Assembly (NCBI GenBank): GCA_965197725.1
Contig: CBDANQ010000005.1
Location: 1 to 17,174, forward strand
DNA from: Longimicrobiales bacterium
Lineage (GTDB): Bacteria > Gemmatimonadota > Gemmatimonadetes > Longimicrobiales > Gaopeijiaceae
Length of the DNA: 17,174 nt
Reading direction: 5' to 3'
Shown here: piece after piece, positions 8,589 to 15,540 of the stretch
Layout: the number at the start of each line of letters is the position of its first letter
Position numbering within the stretch: the stretch's first letter is position 1
Position numbers and translations under genes: made by a program
The notes under the pieces: model-generated
Told to the model about the DNA's origin: nothing
Databases searched by the model: none
Seen by the model: only the letters and a program-made list of their open reading frames with translations

Positions 8589-10444
8589 GTCAGGTCGACG
8601 CAGTCACCCTCGAGATCGTCGAGAACACATTGCGCATCGTCCGTCACGAGATGGACGCGGTGATGTTTCGCGCGTCGCTCTCGCCGATGATCCGCGAGAC
8701 GCACGACACGTACCCGCTCGTCGCCGACCGCGACGGGAAGATGCTCGTAGGCCAGTTCGGGTCGTACCTCACGGCGTTCTTCGAGCACTTCGACGAGCCG
8801 CTTCACCCGGGCGACGTCATCGTCCAGAACGATCCTTACCTCTGCGGAGGCTCGATCTCACACGTTCCGGACGTGTTGATCCTGCGCCCCGTGTTCCACG
8901 GTGGCGAGCTCGTCGGGTTCACAAGCCAGATGGGCAACCTCCTCGACGTCGGTGGCCGCACGTTCGGGTCGATGTCGATCGAGGTGCGCTCTATCTTCGA
9001 AGAAGGCATCCGCTTCCCGCCGGTCAAGCTCTACGCCGGGGGGGAGCTCAACCGGTCGCTGGTCAAGGTTCTCGAGCGCAACTCGCGGGCCCCGGCGGAG
9101 GCCGTCGCAGACCTGATGGCGCTGTGCTCGGCGACGGCCGTCGGTGAGCGGCGGATTCTCGAGCTGTGCGACCGGTTTGGGCGTGACACGTACCTCGAGG
9201 CATGCGACGCGCTGCTCGAGCGTACGCGACGCGCCGTGCGGACTCTGATCGTGGAGCAGATCCCTGAGACGCCCCGGTCTTTCGAGGACTTCGTCGACGA
9301 CGACGGCCAGGGCAACGGCCCGTTCCGCATCCAGTTGACCGTGTGGCGCGAAGGAGAGCGCGCGATCTTCGACTTCTCTGGGACCTCCGCCCAGGCGCCG
9401 GGCCCGATCAACTTCTACCTGCACGACGGCATGATGAAGATGGTCATCGGCGTCTACCTGATCATGGTCTTCGACCCCGAGATCCTGTTCAACGAGGGCT
9501 TCTACGATCTGTTCGAGGTTCGTGTGGAGGAGGGCTCGATTCTCAAGCCCAGGTTTCCGGCGCCGCTCGGCAATCGCCACCACACGATGACGCGGTGGAT
9601 CGAGGTCATCGCCGGTGCGCTCGGACAGCAGGTACCGGAGACGGCGGCGGCCGCCGGCTACGGGTCGAGCCCTCACATGATCTATTCCGGCACCGACCAG
9701 AACGGCGAGCCGTTCGGCTTGGTCGAGATCCTGATGGGCGGCATCCCGGCCCGCCCGGCGGGCGACGGCCTGGATGCGCACAGCTGGTATCCGCAGCTCG
9801 AGAACACACCGTGCGAGTACCAGGAGATCTATTACCCCCTCATCACCGAAGAGGCCGGAATCGTGCCCGACTCGGGCGGGGCGGGCTACCACCGGGGTGG
9901 CTGTGGCGTCCGGAAGATCTACCGGTATCTCGTGGCCGGCCACGTGTCCGTCTACGACGACCGTCACACCTCGCACCCCTGGGGCCTCGGCGGCGGTCTT
10001 CATGCGGGTTGCTCCCGCAAGCTCCTGATTCGCCCCGACGGCACCGAGATCGAGCTTCCCGCCAAGGCCGACTTCGTCGAGGTCGAGCCGGACGACCGCA
10101 TCGTGTTTCAGACCGCGGGAGCCGGAGGCTGGGGTGACCCGCTCCAGCGGCCTGCCCACCGCGTGCTCACGGACGTCGAGCGGGGCTTCGTCAGCATCGA
10201 GGCGGCGGAGTCCCACTACGGCGTGGTGCTTCACGACGAGGACGCGGGCATGGTGGTCGACGAGGAGACGACCGCGCGGCTGCGCGCCGGTCGTCGCAGC
10301 GCCGAGGTTCCGCTGTTCGACTTCGGGCCTGCCCTGGCCGCCTACGAGCGGACGCTGCCGACCCGCACGATCGCGCCCCTCGCCGCGCAACATACCGTGA
10401 CGCCACGAACGATCGAGTCCGGGCTGCTCGACTCGCGAGAGTGA
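8585..10444 (+). CDS. Hydantoinase B / oxoprolinase family catalytic subunit (lactamase beta-like)
   Basis: The real start is the GTG at 8585, a GTGA overlap with the upstream stop (not 7616). MSQVDAVTLEIVENTL...EMD...SPMIRETHD...GDVIVQNDPYLCGGSISHVPD...DVGG...EEGIRFPPVKL...DFSGTS...N...DSGGAGYHRGG...GAGGWGDPLQR. 619 aa. Confidence 0.95.
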   Translation: MSQVDAVTLEIVENTLRIVRHEMDAVMFRASLSPMIRETHDTYPLVADRDGKMLVGQFGSYLTAFFEHFDEPLHPGDVIVQNDPYLCGGSISHVPDVLILRPVFHGGELVGFTSQMGNLLDVGGRTFGSMSIEVRSIFEEGIRFPPVKLYAGGELNRSLVKVLERNSRAPAEAVADLMALCSATAVGERRILELCDRFGRDTYLEACDALLERTRRAVRTLIVEQIPETPRSFEDFVDDDGQGNGPFRIQLTVWREGERAIFDFSGTSAQAPGPINFYLHDGMMKMVIGVYLIMVFDPEILFNEGFYDLFEVRVEEGSILKPRFPAPLGNRHHTMTRWIEVIAGALGQQVPETAAAAGYGSSPHMIYSGTDQNGEPFGLVEILMGGIPARPAGDGLDAHSWYPQLENTPCEYQEIYYPLITEEAGIVPDSGGAGYHRGGCGVRKIYRYLVAGHVSVYDDRHTSHPWGLGGGLHAGCSRKLLIRPDGTEIELPAKADFVEVEPDDRIVFQTAGAGGWGDPLQRPAHRVLTDVERGFVSIEAAESHYGVVLHDEDAGMVVDEETTARLRAGRRSAEVPLFDFGPALAAYERTLPTRTIAPLAAQHTVTPRTIESGLLDSRE

Positions 10445-10543
10445 GGCTCGCCCGTGGCGGTGAATCCTCGATGCGGCCCGGATCGTCCAAGCCCGGTGCT
10501 CTCCTCGCCTCGCGAGCTCCGGGCTCAACAGCTCCAACGCGAC

Positions 10544-11566
10544 CTATGGACGCTCCTTCGCACGGTCGCGGAATCTCGGGTGCTCGAGAGCGGCCTCGTT
10601 GACGATGTATTCGGGTGCGCCTCCCCGAGCCACGGCGAGGACGCTACGGCACGCGCTCCTCCCCATGTTGAGGAAGATCTCGTCTGTATGGCCGAGCGCG
10701 TGCGGTGCGCAGACCAGGTTGTCGAGCTCCAGGATCGGATTCGCAGGATCGACCGGCTCCTGCTCGAAGACGTCCAGGCCGGCGCCCGCGATGCGTCCTT
10801 CGCTGAGCGCTTCCCGGAGCGCCGCCTCGTCGACGATCGGGCCGCGCGCCACGTTGATCAGATACCCGGTCGGCTTCATCAGCGCGAGCTGCTCGGCGCC
10901 GATCAGCCCCTTCGTCTGCTGGTTGAGCGGACAGAGCACGACGACGAAGTCGGCGGTGCGCAGCAGCGTATCCAGATCGACGAGCTCGAAGCCCTCCTCG
11001 GCAGCGGCCTGCGCCGAGACGAACGGGTCGCACGCGATGTGGCGCATCTCGAGCGGGCGGGCGAGCCGGAACACGTCGATGCCGATGTTGCCTGCACCGA
11101 TCAGCCCGAGCGTGCGCCCGGTCACGCCACGGCCCACGTGATCCCACTTGTCCGCCCACGAGCCGCTGCGCGCAATCCGGTCCTTGGCCAGGAGCTTGTG
11201 CGCCATCGCAAGAACGAGCAGTAGCGTCGTCGTCGCCATCGGCCGTCGCACCCCGTCCGGGGTGATGGTCACCGCGATCCCGCGCTCCGTGCACGCGTCA
11301 ACATCGACGTTGTCGTAACCCACGCCCAGGCGCGCGACGATCGCGAGCCGGTCGACACCCTCGAGCGTCTGCTCGGTCACCCGCATGCCCCACAGCAACA
11401 ATCCATCGCAACCCCGGATCTGGTCCGGTGTCGCCTCGGGTCCGATCTCTCCCGGCAGTGAGCTCCACTCGACTCCCTCCGCACCGTCCAGGACGTCCAG
11501 GCCGAGGTCGAAGCGGTGCCGTCCGTCCTCCTGCGGGATGTCCGGCGAGATACCAACGTGAAACAC
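10544..11566 (-). CDS. D-isomer-specific 2-hydroxyacid dehydrogenase (NAD-dependent, SerA/GhrB-like family)
   Basis: 340 aa with a GAGGAG RBS. Motifs: RLGVGYDNVD, GLIGAGNIG (Rossmann fold), INVARG, LDVFEQEP, APH catalytic His. Confidence 0.93.
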   Translation of the reverse strand: MFHVGISPDIPQEDGRHRFDLGLDVLDGAEGVEWSSLPGEIGPEATPDQIRGCDGLLLWGMRVTEQTLEGVDRLAIVARLGVGYDNVDVDACTERGIAVTITPDGVRRPMATTTLLLVLAMAHKLLAKDRIARSGSWADKWDHVGRGVTGRTLGLIGAGNIGIDVFRLARPLEMRHIACDPFVSAQAAAEEGFELVDLDTLLRTADFVVVLCPLNQQTKGLIGAEQLALMKPTGYLINVARGPIVDEAALREALSEGRIAGAGLDVFEQEPVDPANPILELDNLVCAPHALGHTDEIFLNMGRSACRSVLAVARGGAPEYIVNEAALEHPRFRDRAKERP

Positions 11567-12009
11567 TGCGCACTCCTCTCGTTATCGTTTACTCGGCTGG
11601 AGTGTAAGATCGACACCCTTCGACGTGGGCACCTTGCGAACATCGTCGCCGTTCATGGTGATCCTCTAGAGGCTTGATTTCAGCCGGGACACGGATCGAG
11701 TGCAGGGCGCCAGTCTGAGCCGCGTTGGGCCAGTCCAGACCAGATGACGACGATGCGGCCAGCCCGGTCCTCGCGTGGCATCGGCTTTCGAGCGCACGAC
11801 CGGAGCGGTCGACCACAACGGGCCACACCATGTCGGCTGGCGTCGTTCTTGGGTACGCTGCGCCACGGTCGCGGCAGGCAGAGCTGCCCGCCGGACAGGT
11901 TCGGCAGCGTTGCAGGAGTGCCGACTGAGCGCAAGACGACAGGGCCCGCGATCCCCGTTGCAGTTGGCGCTGGCGCGCGGGCATCAGAGCGAGCGAGAGG
12001 CTGACTGAC

Positions 12010-12783
12010 ATGGGTGAGAACCTCCTCGGGAACATGAACAGTGTCGATCTCGGCGAGCCGAATCGAGAGTTCAACAAGGCCGCCCTGGCGATCGGCTCGA
12101 TCGAGAACCACGGCGCGGTGTTGCCACACGACACCGATGTGTTGATGTCCTGGCACGTCGCCCGCGGGGTTGCCGAGCGGGTCGATGGACTTCTGGTGCT
12201 CCCCGTGATTCCCTACGGCGTCACCCTCCACCACGTGGGTCTCTACGGGAGCATCTCGCTTCGCCCGAGCACGCTGACGGACGTGCTCCTGGACGTCATG
12301 CACAGCCTGACACGCCACGGCATCAGGCGCTTCTGGTTCGTCAACAATCACGATGGGAACATCGGGCCCATGGAGGCCGCGGCGCGCCTGATCCGTGACG
12401 AGGATCCTGAGGTGGTGGTGGCGCGAAGCGTCGACTGGTGGATTCCCGCGAACGGTGTGATGCCGCCGAACCTCTTCGACAGCGCCGGCGGCACGTGGGG
12501 TGGACACGGAGGAGAGGCGGAGACCTCGTGGATTCTCCACACGGATCCCGAGCGGGTGCGGATGGAACATGCCGCAGACCTCGGCTGGCCGTACGACGGC
12601 GTGCCGGCCGGGGGCAGCGTCTACTGGAGCTTCGACGAGCTCACGCCCGAGGGGGCCGCGGGCGACTCACGGCCGGCGGCGGCGGAGAAGGGCAAGGCCC
12701 TGCTCGAGGCGATCGTCGAGCACAGCGTCAGGTTCCTCGAGGAGCTGGACGCCCGGGACTGGAAATACGGCGTGATGACCTAG
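12010..12783 (+). CDS. Creatininase (creatinine amidohydrolase) family protein
   Basis: 257 aa with a GAGAGG RBS. Metal-ligand motifs GSIENHG.VLP..TD, VNNHDGN and GHGGEAETS; C-terminal AAAEKGKALL. Confidence 0.92.
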   Translation: MGENLLGNMNSVDLGEPNREFNKAALAIGSIENHGAVLPHDTDVLMSWHVARGVAERVDGLLVLPVIPYGVTLHHVGLYGSISLRPSTLTDVLLDVMHSLTRHGIRRFWFVNNHDGNIGPMEAAARLIRDEDPEVVVARSVDWWIPANGVMPPNLFDSAGGTWGGHGGEAETSWILHTDPERVRMEHAADLGWPYDGVPAGGSVYWSFDELTPEGAAGDSRPAAAEKGKALLEAIVEHSVRFLEELDARDWKYGVMT

Positions 12784-12814
12784 CGATGCGCGAGAGCCGC
12801 ATCCAACGAGGCCC

Positions 12815-12985
12815 GTGAAGATCGCCATATCCACCGATCGCAGCCCGTCGGTCCCGGGAGTCTGCTCGCAGGCGATTCAGGTCGGTGATCTCCTCTTCAT
12901 CGGCGGCGTGATCCCCGTCGCCGCCGCGACCGGACAACGCGTCAAGAGAGGCGCGCCAAGCGAGGCGCACCAGATGCTCGACTGC
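12815..12985 (+). pseudogene. RidA/YjgF family N-terminal fragment
   Basis: MKIAISTDRSPSVPGVCSQAIQVGDLLFIGGVIP...SEAHQMLD matches the RidA N-terminus (PYSQA.....lf.SGQiP...e..q.l.N). The similarity stops there, before the catalytic Arg region. Confidence 0.75.
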
Positions 12986-13056
12986 ACGAGCTGCTACACA
13001 GCTTGCGGCTTGACGAACGAGGGCACGTCGAGGTCTACGCGAGTACCGACTGAGCG

Positions 13057-15217
13057 TCAGTCTTCTACAGGATCGTCGTCGCCTACTCGACCGACTGTTC
13101 TGTAGAAGGCCTCTACCTCAGCTCGCGCCACTCCAATATCGAAGAGATCAAAGATCAGATCGTTGATCTCGTTGCGTTCCGTAGAGACGTCTGCGCTTGA
13201 GTCTGCCTTGAGGGCCTGGACGATGCTCTCAACACGCGTAACAACCGCCGCTTCAAGCTCAGCACCGGGTCTTCGATAAGGCAGTCTTTCGATGTAGCCA
13301 AGGTCCGCGGTCGCCGTGGTGTTGACCACCTTCTTCATGAAGAAGGTGGTCAGCGCTGAGTTCAGGTAACCGAGTAGGAACATCTTCGAAGTCTCGTCGT
13401 CCTCGACGAAGATGGCACTTCCCTTGCCGCTGAAGATCCAACCCTCGGGCATAAGACGAACTGACAGGTGGGCGCTCGCGACGACTGAGTAGGTCAGACC
13501 GGCCTCGAAATAGAAGTCCCGGTTCTGGAATCGAGGCCTGCCGCTTGTCCCAGCCGGTAGACTATCGCGTCTTCGAAGCTCCTCAACGGACTCCGTCGAC
13601 CAGTTGATGGCGACGGTTGGGGGCTTCCAGTACTCACCGAGACCTTCTCCCTTTGCGAACGGAACCCATTGCGGCCGACCAGGCGCGATGCCGTCGATAC
13701 GTTCCTCGGGCGAGATCGTTGTGGCGATCTGGTCCGAGCTGATGATGTTGCCGAGGTACGGAGCGCGAGCATCGATCCCGGCGAGGAAGAACCGGTCGTC
13801 GGCGGTAATGAGCCCCTGCCGTCCACGGGCCACGTCCCCGACACGCACGGAGTCACGTGCAGCGTCGTAAATCTCCCGCGGGACGCCTACGAAGAAAGGT
13901 GTCTCGGGTAGCGCCTCATACTCGGCCTGTCTGATCTCGGACACCTTCTCCGACGGAGGTGTGGCGAATCGTCCTGGATCACGGATCGTGTCGACGAGTC
14001 GAACGACGTTGTCGTGACGTGCTGTCTCGTCGGCGCATTTCTCCAGTGTGGTGATCGCCATGCCAGCGAACTGAAAACTCACGCCCTCGAAGTGGCGGGT
14101 GTCAGTCAGGAGGATTTCGACGATCTTGCATTGATCCAGAATGTGGCGCCGTAGCGCACAATGGCTCGTTGAGGGTCCGGAAACTGTCGTTGGTAATGAG
14201 GCAGAGCCGGCCTCCCTCGGCGAGCCGTTCGATTCCGTTGGCGAAGAACATTGCATAGGTGTCGCCATCGCCGGTGCCTAGGCTGCCGCGGTTGATTTTG
14301 GCCTGCGACTGTCCGTAGAGCCGGCCGTAGATCGCCTTCTTGTTGGCAGGCTTGTGGCCTCCATAAGGGGGGTTCCCAACAACAGCATTGAACTGGATCT
14401 GATCGATCGGCCCCGGATCATCAACTTCGGGATCGATGGCACCGGAAACCCGCTCGGCGTCGGTGAAAAGCGTGGTGTTGCGCTGGGGTGAGTGCAGAAG
14501 CATGTCGTGAACAAAGAGGTTTGGTTGGACGTCGCCGAGGTCCTCGCCAAGGAGGAACAGGCGGATGGCCGCTAACGACAGTGCGAACGAATCAACGTCG
14601 CCTCCGTAGATCTGTCGCTCGACGATCTGACAGTGAGCGTCGGCTGCGGCAACTCCACGGTCGGCGTACAGCTCAACGAGGCTCGTGTGGATGCCCTCGA
14701 GGAAGTGACCGGAGCCCATGCACGGATCGAGCACCGTGGACTCGGCGGTCAGGTTGAGTCGCGAGACCATGTATTCGACGTCAACCGAGGGTGTGTAGAA
14801 GGCCCCTAGTTTGGCCTGCTGCGTACGCCGGGCCGATAGAAGGCCTTGGTAGATGTCTCCGACGTGCTGGTTGGTCAGATCCCGGAAGCTCTTGGTGGAG
14901 AGGTCGTAGATCAGCTCCGCGAGGACATCCTTCTCGGGCCTGAAGTAATCGTATGCGTCGTCGTCGCGGAAGACCAGCGGGAAGGAGTCGGCGGCGAGGT
15001 CGAATGCAACCTGCATCAAGTCCTTCCAGCTGTTTTGCCCGATGACCCGATCGCCGATCTCCGGCGCCAGTTCTTGGCGGAGGGCCTTGTAGGCCTGCTC
15101 GTCCTCGGGATCCCAAGTCGCAGCCGAATCGCGGATCCGGCGACGCAGAAGTCCGAGAAACACAGCGACCTGGGCAGGCGTGGTCTCGGTACGACTGCGG
15201 GGCAGAAACTCGCGCAT
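13057..15217 (-). pseudogene. N6-adenine DNA methyltransferase with C-terminal target-recognition region (Eco57I/TaqI-C/PglX-like architecture); +1 frameshift near 14165
   Basis: ORF 14102..15217: GDIYQGLL, LGAFYTP, VLDPCMGSGHFL (motif I), VVGNPPY (motif IV), DTYAMFF, LITNDSF. It continues in ORF 13057..14268: LRRHIL...WVPFAKGEG...YF...GLTYS...FSGKGSAIF...LLGYLNS...IERLP. Confidence 0.88.
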
Positions 15218-15288
15218 GATCCGATAGAAACCGGAGCGTTACCGAGCGCGACCCGCGCGACCGAACACACCCTCAGTCCACCGACTGG

Positions 15289-15540
15289 CAACTACTGAGC
15301 CCAACAGACGTCGCCCACGCCTACAAGCTCAACCGCAAGACGATCTACCGAGCAATCGAACGCGGTGAATTGCGAGCGTCGAGACTCGGCAACAGACTGC
15401 GGATCAGACCCGACGACTGCCAGACCTGGCTCGACTCGAATACCGTCCCGAATGAGGCCCTTCGCGACGTGCCCATCAACCCCACAACGTCACCACCCCG
15501 CCGCCAGATCCGCGACCTGCTCGAGACGGACCGATCGTGA
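15289..15540 (+). CDS. xis: Excisionase-like helix-turn-helix protein (HTH_17/Xis); start codon not identifiable
   Basis: Translated by hand: QLLSPTDVAHAYKLNRKTIYRAIERGELRASRLGNRLRIRPDDCQTWLDS...DRS*. The TGA at 15538-15540 overlaps the integrase GTG. There is no in-frame ATG/GTG/TTG back to the stop at 15217-15219. Confidence 0.8.
   Translation, partial: QLLSPTDVAHAYKLNRKTIYRAIERGELRASRLGNRLRIRPDDCQTWLDSNTVPNEALRDVPINPTTSPPRRQIRDLLETDRS

Noticed and set aside
7128..11224. Long antisense or alternative-frame ORFs (7128..8408, 8858..10537, 10454..11224, and similarly 4132..4878, 4689..5549, 11680..12570)
   Set aside because: Shadow ORFs expected opposite high-GC3 genes, with no family motifs.
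2328..12783. Mycofactocin biosynthesis cluster (MftD-like oxidase plus creatininase/MftE-like protein)
   Set aside because: No MftA precursor (IDGxCGVY), MftB, radical-SAM MftC or MftF glycosyltransferase was seen, and the two genes are ~9 kb apart in different units.
1465..14175. Programmed ribosomal frameshifting as the explanation for the split genes
   Set aside because: No slippery heptamers or shared signal at the junctions, shifts go in both directions, and these families are not known to use recoding.
13057..15217. Complete BREX system
   Set aside because: Only a methyltransferase with a PglX-like C-terminal region is present. There is no brxA, brxB, brxC, pglZ or brxL, and the protein is much shorter than typical PglX.
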